From: Methanobacteriota archaeon
GTDB lineage: Archaea; Halobacteriota; Syntropharchaeia; JACQPP01
NCBI GenBank assembly: GCA_016207465.1
Contig: JACQPP010000075.1
Location: 1-35,317, forward strand
Reading direction: 5' to 3'
DNA: 35,317 nucleotides
Shown here: in pieces, positions 1 through 8,845 of the stretch
Numbering within the stretch: the stretch's first letter is position 1
Layout of the letters: every line of letters begins with the position of its first letter
Program-made: the position numbers and the translations under genes
Notes under the pieces: generated by a model
Database searches by the model: none
What the model saw: the letters and a program-made list of their open reading frames with translations, nothing else
Told to the model about the DNA's origin: nothing

Positions 1-1
1 G

Positions 2-1807
2 GGGCCGGACTTCCCCACCGCGGGCATCATCCACGGCAAGACCGGCATCCGGGAGGCCTACGAGACCGGCCGCGGGCTCATCAAGGTCCGCGCCAAGGCC
101 GACATCGAGGAGGACAAGCGGGGCCGCAGCCGCATCATCGTCACCGAGATTCCCTACCAGGTGAACAAGACTTCTCTGCTGGAGGCCATCGCGGACCTGG
201 TGCGGGACAAGAAGGTGGAGGGCATCTCGGACCTGCGGGACGAGTCGGACCGGGATGGCATGCGGGTGGTGGTGGAGCTGAAGGCAGACGCGAATGCGGA
301 GATTGTGCTGAACCAGCTCTTCAAGCACACGCAGATGGAGACCACCTTCGGCATCATCAACCTGGCCCTGGTGGGGGGGGAGCCCCGGGTGCTGCCCCTG
401 CGGGACCTCCTGCAGCAGTTCGTGGACCACCGGAGGCAGGTCATCCGCCGGAGGACCCAGTTCCGCCTCGCGAAGGCGGAGAAGCGGGCCCACATCGTGG
501 AGGGGTTGCGCACCGCCATCTCGAAGCTCGACCAGACCATCGCCCTCATCCGGAAGTCCCGGTCGCCGGAGGAGGCCCGGGGGGCCCTCATGGCGAAGAT
601 GGCCCTCTCGGAGGAGCAGGCCAACGCCATCCTGGAGATGCGCCTCTCCCGGCTGACGGGGCTGGAGCGGGAGAAACTGGAGCAGGAATATGAGGAGCTG
701 CGGAAGACCATCGCGCGGCTGAAGAAAATCCTGGCCTCGGAGAAGGAGATTCTGGGCCTCATCCGCGAGGAGTTGCAGGAACTCAAGTCTAAATACGGGG
801 ACGAGCGGCGTACCCGCATCGTGGAGCGCACCGTGGAGCTGGGGGTGGAGGACCTTATCGCCCAGGAGGAGATGGTGGTCTCCATCACCCACGGGGGCTA
901 CATCAAGCGGCTCCCGGTGGACTCCTTCCGGCGGCAGCGGCGCGGGGGCAAGGGCATCGTGGGGATGGAGACCAAGGAGGAGGACTTCGTGCGGGACATC
1001 TTCGTGGCCAACACCCACGACCACCTCCTCTTCTTCTCGAACCTGGGGAAGGCCTACTGGCTGAAGACCTACGAGGTCCCCCAGGCGGGGCGGCACGCCA
1101 AGGGCAAGGCCATCATCAACCTCATCAAGGTCTCCCCGGGGGAGAGGATTACCGCCTCCATCCCGGTCCATGAGTTCGACGACAAGCGCTACCTGTTCTT
1201 CGCCACCCGGCAGGGGACGGTGAAGAAGACCCGCCTCGACGCCTTCAGCAATCCCCGGTCCAGCGGCATCCGGGCCATGGGCCTCCGCGGGGGCGACGAG
1301 CTGGAGGACGTGAAGCTCACCGACGGGAAGCACGAGGTCATCCTCGCCACCCGCCTGGGGCAGGCGGTGCGCTTCCATGAGGAGGAGGTCCGCGACATGG
1401 GGCGGGGGGCCGCCGGGGTCCGGGGCATCCGGGTCTCCCGGGGGGACCGGGTCATCTCCCTGGAGGTGGTGGAGCCGAAGAACGTCCTCCTCGCCATCAC
1501 CGAGAAGGGCTACGGGAAGCGCACGGAGGTGGCGGAGTACCGGAAGACCGCGCGGGGGGGCAAGGGGGTCATCAACGTGAAGGTCACTGACAAGACCGGC
1601 CCCGTGGTCTCCATCCTGAACGTGACCGACGAGGACGAGATTATCCTCATGTCATCGAGGGGGCAGACCATCCGCACCGTCGTCAAGCAAATCAGCCTCC
1701 AGGGGCGGGCCACCCAGGGGGTGCGGGTCATGAATCTGGAGGGGGGAGACCGGGTGGTGGCCGCCGAGAAGGTCATTGAAGAGGGGAACGGGAACGGCGA
1801 GGAGTAG
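2..1807 (+). CDS. gyrA: DNA gyrase subunit A (5'-truncated by window edge)
   Basis: Frame is open from base 2 (GPDFPTAG..AYETGRG); TEIPYQVNK, LRDESDRDG; GyrA-box QRRGGKG and C-terminal pinwheel repeats. Confidence 0.97.
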   Translation, partial: GPDFPTAGIIHGKTGIREAYETGRGLIKVRAKADIEEDKRGRSRIIVTEIPYQVNKTSLLEAIADLVRDKKVEGISDLRDESDRDGMRVVVELKADANAEIVLNQLFKHTQMETTFGIINLALVGGEPRVLPLRDLLQQFVDHRRQVIRRRTQFRLAKAEKRAHIVEGLRTAISKLDQTIALIRKSRSPEEARGALMAKMALSEEQANAILEMRLSRLTGLEREKLEQEYEELRKTIARLKKILASEKEILGLIREELQELKSKYGDERRTRIVERTVELGVEDLIAQEEMVVSITHGGYIKRLPVDSFRRQRRGGKGIVGMETKEEDFVRDIFVANTHDHLLFFSNLGKAYWLKTYEVPQAGRHAKGKAIINLIKVSPGERITASIPVHEFDDKRYLFFATRQGTVKKTRLDAFSNPRSSGIRAMGLRGGDELEDVKLTDGKHEVILATRLGQAVRFHEEEVRDMGRGAAGVRGIRVSRGDRVISLEVVEPKNVLLAITEKGYGKRTEVAEYRKTARGGKGVINVKVTDKTGPVVSILNVTDEDEIILMSSRGQTIRTVVKQISLQGRATQGVRVMNLEGGDRVVAAEKVIEEGNGNGEE

Positions 1808-1826
1808 GATTTCCACAACGCCTTCG

Positions 1827-1904
1827 TATCCGCAGATTTCGCAGATGAACGCAGATTAAAAAACGGGCAAAATAACTTTGTGTAATCTGCGTAATCTGTG
1901 GATA
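1827..1904. repeat. Imperfect inverted repeat built from 9-bp periodic units (cgcagattt / aatctgcgt)
   Basis: tatccgcagatttcgcagatgaacgca pairs with tgtgtaatctgcgtaatctgtggata. It lies between convergent gyrA and USP genes. A half copy is at ~28811-28840. Confidence 0.75.
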
Positions 1905-1929
1905 GGCCAAGGACTTTCAGAATGGAGCA

Positions 1930-2760
1930 CTAATCCGGGACCACCACGACGGGCACCGGGGCGCTGTTGATGAGGTCCTGGGCGGTGCTCTGGTGGACGA
2001 AGCGGAAGGCCTTGTCGTATCTCTGGTGGCCCATGACGAGGAGGTCGTAGGTCTTGGCGAGCTGGGCGAGGTAGGCGGGGAGGGAGTCGCTGCCGTGGGG
2101 GACCTCCACGGCCTCGTAGGTGACGGGGATGTTCTGCTTGCGGCAGAGTTCGGCGAAGCGCTTGAGGCCGTTCTTCTTGAGGGCCACGATGTCGGGGATG
2201 TCGCCGGGGAAGAGGGCGGTGATGAGGTGGACCTCCGTCCCCATCTGGCGGGCGAGGCGGATGGCCACCTGGCCCACCTTGGTCATCTCCTTGCGGAGGG
2301 GGTTGACGGGGACCAGGATTCTCTTCATGGCGACGGAGTCGGAGGGCGGAGGCATGTCCTGGGATTGGGGGACCACCGCGACGGGGATGGTGGCGAGGTT
2401 GATGAGGTCCTGGGCGGTGGACTGGTGGACGAAGCGGTAGATGCGGTCGTATTTGCCGTGGCCCATGAGGATGAGGTCGCAGCCCCGGGCGTGGCGGCAG
2501 ATGCGGGGGGCGAGGGCCTCGTTGCCCCCCTCCACCTCCTCCACCTGGAAGGTGGCCTCGACTCCCTGGCTCCGGCAGAGTTCCTTGAGCCGGTCGAGTC
2601 CCTGGCGGCGGAGGTCCTTGATTTCCCTGACCTCGCTCTGGAAGTTGAGGGCCACCACGCGGAGGGTGGCGTGGAGGCCGCGGGCCCACTCGATGGCAGT
2701 GGCCATGACGCGGTCGCCTCCTTTGATGGGGTCCACGGCCACCCGGATTCTGCGGAACAT
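1930..2760 (-). CDS. Tandem-domain universal stress protein
   Basis: Two USP domains, each starting with RILVxV-like strands and ending DLxxMGH..Y...RFVHQSTAQDLIN...PVxVVP. Confidence 0.88.
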   Translation of the reverse strand: MFRRIRVAVDPIKGGDRVMATAIEWARGLHATLRVVALNFQSEVREIKDLRRQGLDRLKELCRSQGVEATFQVEEVEGGNEALAPRICRHARGCDLILMGHGKYDRIYRFVHQSTAQDLINLATIPVAVVPQSQDMPPPSDSVAMKRILVPVNPLRKEMTKVGQVAIRLARQMGTEVHLITALFPGDIPDIVALKKNGLKRFAELCRKQNIPVTYEAVEVPHGSDSLPAYLAQLAKTYDLLVMGHQRYDKAFRFVHQSTAQDLINSAPVPVVVVPD

Positions 2761-3129
2761 TTATCCGAGTATCTGTTTGATTTTCTCGGCGGCCTTCTCC
2801 ATCTCGACGAGGGCGAGCCCGAGGCCGGCCTCGGGGCGGGCCATGGCGACGAGGAGGGCCTTGGGTCCGGCGCCGGCGGCGATGACCTTGCCCTCTTTGG
2901 ATTCGACGACTACGCGGTCGGGGATTCCTTTCTTGAGTTCGCTGGTGGCGGTCTCGGCGGCGCCGAGCATGGTGGCGCTCATGGCGGCGAAGGTCTCGGC
3001 CCGGATGGAGCCGGTGATGTTGGAGGCCATGAGGAGGCCGTCGCGGGAGACCACGGCGGAGGCCTCGATGTCCCCGACGTTCTTGAGGTCGTTGAGAATC
3101 TTCTCCAGCATCTCTCTGGTGGTGGCCAT
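2761..3129 (-). CDS. Roadblock/LC7 (MglB-like) protein
   Basis: 122 aa; ASAVVSRDGLLMAS, FAAMSATMLGAAE, LGLALVEM are typical roadblock motifs. Confidence 0.92.
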   Translation of the reverse strand: MATTREMLEKILNDLKNVGDIEASAVVSRDGLLMASNITGSIRAETFAAMSATMLGAAETATSELKKGIPDRVVVESKEGKVIAAGAGPKALLVAMARPEAGLGLALVEMEKAAEKIKQILG

Positions 3130-3166
3130 GGGTGTGGTCTCCGCCCCTAAAACGACCTGGGGGGTC

Positions 3167-4336
3167 TTATAGTCCCTCCATGATTCGCTTCAGGAGCATC
3201 TCGAAGGCGTCGGTGACCCCGGTCTTGGAGGTGGCCACCGCGGGGAGGATGGGGATGTCCCGGGGGAGCTTCATGCGGTCCCGGAGGTCGTCGGGCTTCA
3301 TGGCCCCGGAGAGGTCCTGCTTGTTGGCGATGACCACCGTGGGGAGCCCGAAGGTCTTGGTAAGTTCGAGCATGGTCTTGGCGCGGGGGAAGCTGGTGGG
3401 CTGGGTGGAGTCCACCACCAGGAAGACCCCGAGGGCCTCGCCTCCGAGGAGTTTGAGGATGGGGTCGAAGCGCTCCTGGCCGGGGGTGCCGAAGATGTCG
3501 GCGGAGATGCCGCGGTGCTCGATGTGGCCGTGGTCGAGGGCGATGGTGGTCCCCAGGCGGTTGACGGAGACGGCCCGGGTGGAGATGGAGTGGATGAAGG
3601 TGGACTTGCCCGCGTGGTAGGGGCCGGTGACCAGGATTTTGGGGATGAATGCCTTGACGCCCCCCGGCTTGATGACCCGGAAGAGCATGGTGGCATCCTT
3701 GGTCTGGGTCCAGTCCACCTTGGAGACCCCGTAGTATTGGCCGAAGATGACGCGCTCGGCGATGCCCCCCACCTTGACCACCGCGTTGAAGAGCTCGTCC
3801 TTGATGCGGCGGATGGTTTCGTCCGAGTAGGGCCAGGCGGTGAAGTTGCAGATGGACACCGTGTCGTAGAGGACCAGGACCTTGTGGAAGTCCTGGAGGA
3901 GCTGGAGGGTGTCCTCCTCCCCGGCCAGGTCCATGATGTTGGAGAGGGACTCGCAGACCAGGAGCCCCCGGGGGTTCTCCTCCAGGGCCTTCTCCACGGT
4001 CTTGAGGATGCTGGCGGTGTCCTCGGGGTCCTCCACCAGGTAGCGCTCCTCCGAGTCCTGGCCGATTAGGGCGCTGTAGGCGTCCACGATGATGAGGTGG
4101 TCCCGGTGGGAGTTCAGGTCCCAGCCGAGTTCCTCGAAGCGGTCCCGGATGGCGTGGGGCGAGGCCGTGGAGGTCACGTAGATGCCCTTGACCCCCTTCT
4201 CCAGGTTGTGATAGAGGCTCTGCATCCCGAAGACATCCCCCTCCACCCCCGGGTGGATGAGGTAGACCAGGGACTTGCCTGTAGGGATGCCTCCGTCGAG
4301 GTATTCGTCGAGCTTCGGGATTCCGGTTTCAATCAT
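3167..4336 (-). CDS. Fusion of a degenerate RAD55/KaiC-like domain with a small GTPase (MglA/ATP_bind_1-like)
   Basis: N-terminus TGIPKLDEYLDGGIP with a degenerate Walker A (HPGVEGDV). C-terminus has G1 GPYHAGKST, TTIALDHG, G3 GTPGQERF and G4 NKQD. Confidence 0.88.
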   Translation of the reverse strand: MIETGIPKLDEYLDGGIPTGKSLVYLIHPGVEGDVFGMQSLYHNLEKGVKGIYVTSTASPHAIRDRFEELGWDLNSHRDHLIIVDAYSALIGQDSEERYLVEDPEDTASILKTVEKALEENPRGLLVCESLSNIMDLAGEEDTLQLLQDFHKVLVLYDTVSICNFTAWPYSDETIRRIKDELFNAVVKVGGIAERVIFGQYYGVSKVDWTQTKDATMLFRVIKPGGVKAFIPKILVTGPYHAGKSTFIHSISTRAVSVNRLGTTIALDHGHIEHRGISADIFGTPGQERFDPILKLLGGEALGVFLVVDSTQPTSFPRAKTMLELTKTFGLPTVVIANKQDLSGAMKPDDLRDRMKLPRDIPILPAVATSKTGVTDAFEMLLKRIMEGL

Positions 4337-4414
4337 CCAGCAGTCCAGGGCCCCCGGGCCCCCTCCCCCACGATGTTCCTTGTGCTGGTCATACGGTTCC
4401 TGTGCATAAAAAGC

Positions 4415-5140
4415 CTACGGCGGCGCGGGCCTCACATAGGAGTACTTGATGTTGATTTTCGAGCCCTCGACCTCGTACTCGTACCACTTGGTGGGCTTCT
4501 GGGACATCCCCATTGCCCGCAGGAAGCAGCTGTCGTTCTCCACCTTGACCTCCAGCACCCCGTCCAGCAGCTGCTTCAGGGTGTTGATGGTGGCATCGTC
4601 GTGCATCCCCTGCTCCACCACGTAGATGCCCAGGGCATCGGCGGTCTTGATGCGCCCCGTGAACACGTGGAGGAAGCGGAACACCGTCTGGAGGTTCGAG
4701 TACATGAGCATGGTGCTCAGGGAGTAGACGCAGAGCCGCGCCTTGCGCACCTGCTTCTTCATCCAGAAGTCCTCGAAGAAGTTGGTGATGCCCACCGAGA
4801 TGCCCGTCAGGTTCACCGGGCTCGACACCCGCTTGATGTTCTCCGTGTCCCCGATGGCGAGGCCGATGGTCTGGGACATGCAGTCCACGATGCCCAGCCG
4901 CGGCTTGTGGGGCTCTAGGTCCAGCCCGTTGTCCTTGAACCACTTCAGGGCGTCCTCCCCCGACATGCTGGTGGTCACCAGGATTCCCGACTCCCCCTGG
5001 GCCAGCCCCGAGTAGAGGATGTTGTTGGCGATGACCTCCTTCCCGCTCATGGGGGGCCCGATGAGCATGATGTTCGTGCCCCCCTTCACCACCGGCACCA
5101 CCTCCTCCAACCCCGGGATGCCCAGCTTGTAGTCGCTCAT
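4415..5140 (-). CDS. RAD55/KaiC-family RecA-superfamily ATPase
   Basis: Start re-called at MSDYKLGIPGLEE; Walker A-like GPPMSGKE; SSPVNLTGI, SLSTMLMY, LKQLLDGVLE. Confidence 0.88.
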   Translation of the reverse strand: MSDYKLGIPGLEEVVPVVKGGTNIMLIGPPMSGKEVIANNILYSGLAQGESGILVTTSMSGEDALKWFKDNGLDLEPHKPRLGIVDCMSQTIGLAIGDTENIKRVSSPVNLTGISVGITNFFEDFWMKKQVRKARLCVYSLSTMLMYSNLQTVFRFLHVFTGRIKTADALGIYVVEQGMHDDATINTLKQLLDGVLEVKVENDSCFLRAMGMSQKPTKWYEYEVEGSKINIKYSYVRPAPP

Positions 5141-5176
5141 GACGGTGGGTAACAATCGGGGGAGGGTGCTTAAATG

Positions 5177-5240
5177 GTTTTTCCCCCGCTCGCTTCGCTC
5201 GCGGGGGGTGTCTTTTCCCTCGCTCCGCTCGGGAAAAAAC
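5177..5240. repeat. REP-like palindromic intergenic element (cGAGC-GRA-GCGAg family)
   Basis: ttttcccccgc-tcgcttcgctc-gcgggggg and ttttccc-tcgctccgctc-gggaaaa; the same motifs recur at 18484-18526 and 18570-18600. Confidence 0.7.
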
Positions 5241-5255
5241 ACATATGCCTGATTT

Positions 5256-5690
5256 TTACAGGCTCTTCAGATACGCCACGAGGTCGTCCAGCTGCTCCGG
5301 GCTCAACTGGTCCTTGAAGGTCTTCGGCATGACTCCGGGGGGAAACCCGCTGACCACCACTGCATCCGGGCTCACGATGGACTCCCGGATGTAGGCGTCC
5401 CCCTTCGACCCGACTCCCTTCAGCCCCGGTCCCACAATCCGGCTGTCGCCGGTGGCGTGGCACGAGGTGCAGGCGGGGCTGGCCACCTTCTCGAAGATGT
5501 CCTTTCCCCTGGCGGCGTCCCCCCTGGCCGCCGCCGGGGTGGCCGCAGGGGGGGTCTCGGCCCGGGGTGTCGTCTGGCCCAGGGGCTGGGCGAGAGGCGG
5601 CGAGGCGAGAGGCGGAGGGGTGTGGTGGGAACACCCGGCGATGACCACCGCGGCCACCACCACCAGGAGGAGAAGGAGACGCCGGGCCAT
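5256..5690 (-). CDS. Monoheme c-type cytochrome, predicted lipoprotein
   Basis: Start MARRLLLLLVVVAAVVIAGC (lipobox-like), Pro/Ala linker, CTSCH heme motif, GPGLKG, axial Met in GVMP. TATA-like tttatat lies on the minus strand at ~5716-5722. Confidence 0.9.
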   Translation of the reverse strand: MARRLLLLLVVVAAVVIAGCSHHTPPPLASPPLAQPLGQTTPRAETPPAATPAAARGDAARGKDIFEKVASPACTSCHATGDSRIVGPGLKGVGSKGDAYIRESIVSPDAVVVSGFPPGVMPKTFKDQLSPEQLDDLVAYLKSL

Positions 5691-5737
5691 ACGGGGGAGG
5701 TGTCCGGGAGTGGAAATATAAACCTTCCCGGCCATAC

Positions 5738-5967
5738 TGAAGCGAGCGCAGAACGCCCAGGCGTTCACGCCGGGGATGAATGCGCTCGCGATTTCAATCT
5801 TCCGTGCTTGCCTGCTGGGCGCAGCCGCGAGGCGTTGGCCGGCGCCTCGCGGCGAGCACAGCATGAGGACCGAACGCGAAACAACATACAACATAGTCGG
5901 CAATACGCAATGTTCAGTTCGGTCCGAACAGCCAAGACGCCCCGGCCTTCAGGCCGGGGTGATTCAC
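5738..5967 (+). mobile_element. Non-autonomous IS200/IS605-like miniature element (PATE-like)
   Basis: Two similar subterminal hairpins with TTCA loops (cccaggcg-ttca-cgccgggg 5756-5775; ccccggcc-ttca-ggccgggg 5940-5959), ending in TTCAC; no convincing ORF inside. Confidence 0.6.
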
Positions 5968-6395
5968 GGCGGGGTGCCGTTCATCCGGCTGCGGATGGTC
6001 TCCTCGTACTTGCTGGGGCACTTGGCCGCGAGCCGGTCGGCCTCGAAGGTCCCGTCGGGGCCGAGGCGGCCGATGGCCACCACCCCCAGGTCCTCGCGGA
6101 AGATGCCGGGGAGAGGCCCCCGGTGGCTCACGTTCATCTCCCGCAGGCCGTCGGTGAGGCGGAACCGGGCGGTGTCCCCCTCCCTCTGGAGGCTCCCCCG
6201 GACGATGACGGCGGCCACCTGGACCGTCTCGGTGCGGTAGCGGGGCTGGTCCACCACCTCGCTCACATACTTGAAAGGGGAGCCGAAGGTGGTGGCGCTC
6301 AGGCCGATGAGCAGCAGCACCAGCACCAGGAAGACCCCCGCCAGGACGCGGATGCGCCGGTTCCCGGGGGGCAGGGGAGGGGACTCGGAGGCCAT
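5964..6395 (-). CDS. ccmE: Heme chaperone CcmE, CxxxY type
   Basis: N-terminal TM segment, OB-fold motifs (GPLPGIFRED, GTFEAD), AKCPSKY. Its start overlaps the upstream stop (TGATG). Confidence 0.92.
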   Translation of the reverse strand: MASESPPLPPGNRRIRVLAGVFLVLVLLLIGLSATTFGSPFKYVSEVVDQPRYRTETVQVAAVIVRGSLQREGDTARFRLTDGLREMNVSHRGPLPGIFREDLGVVAIGRLGPDGTFEADRLAAKCPSKYEETIRSRMNGTPP

Positions 6396-6535
6396 CACGG
6401 GGACGGTGGCCCCCCGGGGGTCTTGAATCCTCCCCGCCCCCGGAGATGCCACCGGAGCCACAGGAGATACCCCGCCAGGAGCCCCCACAGGATTCCGGCC
6501 GACAGGAGGATGGACTGGCCCACAGTATGGCTCAT
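6395..6535 (-). CDS. ccmD: CcmD-like small membrane protein (46 aa)
   Basis: MSHTVGQSILLSAGILWGLLAGYLLWLRWHLRGRGG..: one TM helix plus a basic tail, between ccmC and ccmE with ATGA and TGATG coupling. Confidence 0.7.
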   Translation of the reverse strand: MSHTVGQSILLSAGILWGLLAGYLLWLRWHLRGRGGFKTPGGPPSP

Positions 6536-7176
6536 CCCCGGCCTCCTGATGCCTGCCATTCCCACCGGAGGGCTGCCATGGAGAACCCCGCGAGGCTGGC
6601 CACCATGAGGACCGCCACCCCCCACATGGGGGGCTCCAGGCCGATGGAGGCGCTGGTGGGATGGAGGGAGAACCCCGCGATGCGGGTGGAGAGGTAGGTC
6701 ATGGGGACCGACACGTAGCCGAAGACCCCCAGCACCGCGCTGAGGCGGGCGCGGGCCTCCGGCTCCTCCACCGCCCGCCGCAGGGTGAGCAGGCCCGCAT
6801 AGACGAACCACATGGAGAGGGTGGAGGTCTCGATGGGGTCCCACGTCCAGTAGAGGTTCTGGTGCTCGTACCAGGTTTCCCGCGCGAACAGGACCCCGGT
6901 GAGCAGGGTGATGGTGCAGAAGAGCAGCCCCAGCCGCGCCGAGCCCTCCGCGACTCCATCCCACCGGAGGCTGCGCGTTCGGAGGTAGAGCAGCCCCGCC
7001 GCCAGGGTGAGGGTGAAGAGCCCGGTGGCGAGGAGGGCGCTGGGGAACTCGAAGAAGAAGATGCGGTAGGCCTCCCCCAGCACCCGCGCTGGGGCCAGCG
7101 CCGCCAGCGCCCCCCAGGTCCCCGCGGCCCCCAGAGCCACGGATGTGAGCAGTAAAATGCTATTCTTCGAGGACAT
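6532..7176 (-). CDS. ccmC: Heme exporter CcmC
   Basis: Multi-TM protein; WWD motif YWTWDPIETS; SLHP; operon context. Confidence 0.88.
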   Translation of the reverse strand: MSSKNSILLLTSVALGAAGTWGALAALAPARVLGEAYRIFFFEFPSALLATGLFTLTLAAGLLYLRTRSLRWDGVAEGSARLGLLFCTITLLTGVLFARETWYEHQNLYWTWDPIETSTLSMWFVYAGLLTLRRAVEEPEARARLSAVLGVFGYVSVPMTYLSTRIAGFSLHPTSASIGLEPPMWGVAVLMVASLAGFSMAALRWEWQASGGRG

Positions 7177-7822
7177 ATTCCGCCGTGAGCCATGCGAGGA
7201 TGGTCATGGTCCCGGTATAGACCAGGAGGAGAAGAACCTCGCGCCCCGCATCTGCCGCGTATCCCTGGAGGACCTTCCGGAGGGCCCCCACGGAGGCGAA
7301 GGCCAGGGGGAGCAGAAGGGGGGCCAGCAGGACCGGGAGGAGCATCTCCCGGGTTCGGGTGTGGAGCAGCAGCGCGGAGAGGGCAGAGGCCGCCACCACC
7401 AGGCCCGCCATCCCCAGGAGGAGGACGCCGAAGGCCAGGAGGGGGTCCCCCGGGTAGGGGTAGCCGAAGAAGACCGCGAAGAGGGGGAAGAGGACCGCCT
7501 CCAGGAGCGTGAGGAGGAGGAGGTTGTGGAGCACCTTGCCCGCCATGATGGCCCCGGGCCCGATGGGGGCCCCCCGGAGCCCCCCCAGGGTCTCGTCCTC
7601 CCGCTCCCGGAGGAAACTCCGGGGGACCCCGAGGAGGGCGGCGAAGACCATCACCAGCCAGAGGAGCCCCGGTCCCGCCTGGGCCGCCGCCGGGGAGAGC
7701 CCCAGGGTGGCGGAGAAGAGGGCCGCGGTGAGGAGCCCGAAGAGTGCCATGAGGTGGAGGGCCTCCCGGGTCCGGAGTTCCACCCGCATCTCCTTTCGGA
7801 GAATCACCAATACTGCATTCAT
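7160..7822 (-). CDS. ccmB: Heme exporter CcmB
   Basis: Start MNAVLVILRKEMRVELRTRE; GLLW, FLREREDETL, LLPVLLAPLLLP; ATGA overlap with ccmA. Confidence 0.9.
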   Translation of the reverse strand: MNAVLVILRKEMRVELRTREALHLMALFGLLTAALFSATLGLSPAAAQAGPGLLWLVMVFAALLGVPRSFLREREDETLGGLRGAPIGPGAIMAGKVLHNLLLLTLLEAVLFPLFAVFFGYPYPGDPLLAFGVLLLGMAGLVVAASALSALLLHTRTREMLLPVLLAPLLLPLAFASVGALRKVLQGYAADAGREVLLLLVYTGTMTILAWLTAEYVLEE

Positions 7823-8454
7823 TCTATCACTCCACCTTCCTCCAGCCGGGCCTGGCGGCGGCAGAGGGAGGCCTCCCCCGGGTCCCCGGTGGTCAGGAGG
7901 ATGGCCCCGGGGAAGCGGGAGAGGAGCCCGCGGAGGAGTTCCTTCCCCTGGACATCCAGGCCGGCTATGGGTTCGTCGAGGAGGAGCACCCCGGGGTCGT
8001 GGAGCAGGGCCCGCGCGAGCCCGAGCCTCTGCCGCATCCCCCGGCTGTAGCCGGAGACCCGCTCCCCCCCGCGGGGCCCGAGGCCCACCGAGTTCAGCAG
8101 TTCGGGGATGCGCATGTGCAGCTCCCGCACCCCGTAGAGGTGGCCATAGAACTCCAGGTTCTCCCGTGCGGTCAGCTCCGGGTAGAGGAAGGGGGCATGG
8201 GTGAGCAGGCCCACCCGGCGACGGGCCCGCGCCGACACCCGCGGGTCCTCTCCCATCACCCGCACGCTCCCCCCGCCGGGGCGGAGGAGGCCACCGCACA
8301 GTTTCACCAGGGTGGTTTTCCCCGAGCCGTTGGCTCCCACCACCGCGAGGGACTCCCCCCGGGCGATGGCGAAGTCCACCCCCTGCAGCACCGGGCGCCC
8401 CCCGTAGGCGCGGGAGAGACCCCAGGCTTCCAGTGCAGGCGGGGAGGAAGACAT
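7819..8454 (-). CDS. ccmA: Heme exporter ATP-binding protein CcmA
   Basis: GANGSGKTT, LYPELTARENL, YSRGMRQR, LLLDEP. Start could alternatively be 8502. Confidence 0.88.
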   Translation of the reverse strand: MSSSPPALEAWGLSRAYGGRPVLQGVDFAIARGESLAVVGANGSGKTTLVKLCGGLLRPGGGSVRVMGEDPRVSARARRRVGLLTHAPFLYPELTARENLEFYGHLYGVRELHMRIPELLNSVGLGPRGGERVSGYSRGMRQRLGLARALLHDPGVLLLDEPIAGLDVQGKELLRGLLSRFPGAILLTTGDPGEASLCRRQARLEEGGVIE

Positions 8455-8500
8455 CGGGGAGTCTATATCTTCCGGGAGAATAAAGGGGGTAGAGTCCCCC

Positions 8501-8845
8501 ATGCCCCCATCCCACTCCGGCCCGATGGCCGGTGGTGAACCGGGCCACCCCCGGGCTCCCCTCCCCGTGAGGCTCTACACCAAGCCCGGCTGTCCCCTCT
8601 GCCTGGAGACCGAGCGGGCCCTCTCCCACTGGGGCCCCCGGATGGGCCTTCAGGTGGAGACCGTGGACATCACCCGGGACCCCGTCCTCCGGGTGAAATA
8701 CGGGCGCTACATCCCGGTGGTGGAGGTCCGCGGCGAGGTGGTCTCCCGCGCAGGCACCCCCGAGGCCCGCCTGGAGCGCAGGCTCGAGGAGATGGCGGGC
8801 ATCCGGGAGCGCAAAATCACCGCCATCTTCTCCGGACGTGGCTGA
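8501..8845 (+). CDS. Glutaredoxin-like protein (DUF836 type)
   Basis: LYTKPGCPLC, VDIT.D..L..KYG..IPVV; exact start uncertain. Confidence 0.8.
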   Translation: MPPSHSGPMAGGEPGHPRAPLPVRLYTKPGCPLCLETERALSHWGPRMGLQVETVDITRDPVLRVKYGRYIPVVEVRGEVVSRAGTPEARLERRLEEMAGIRERKITAIFSGRG

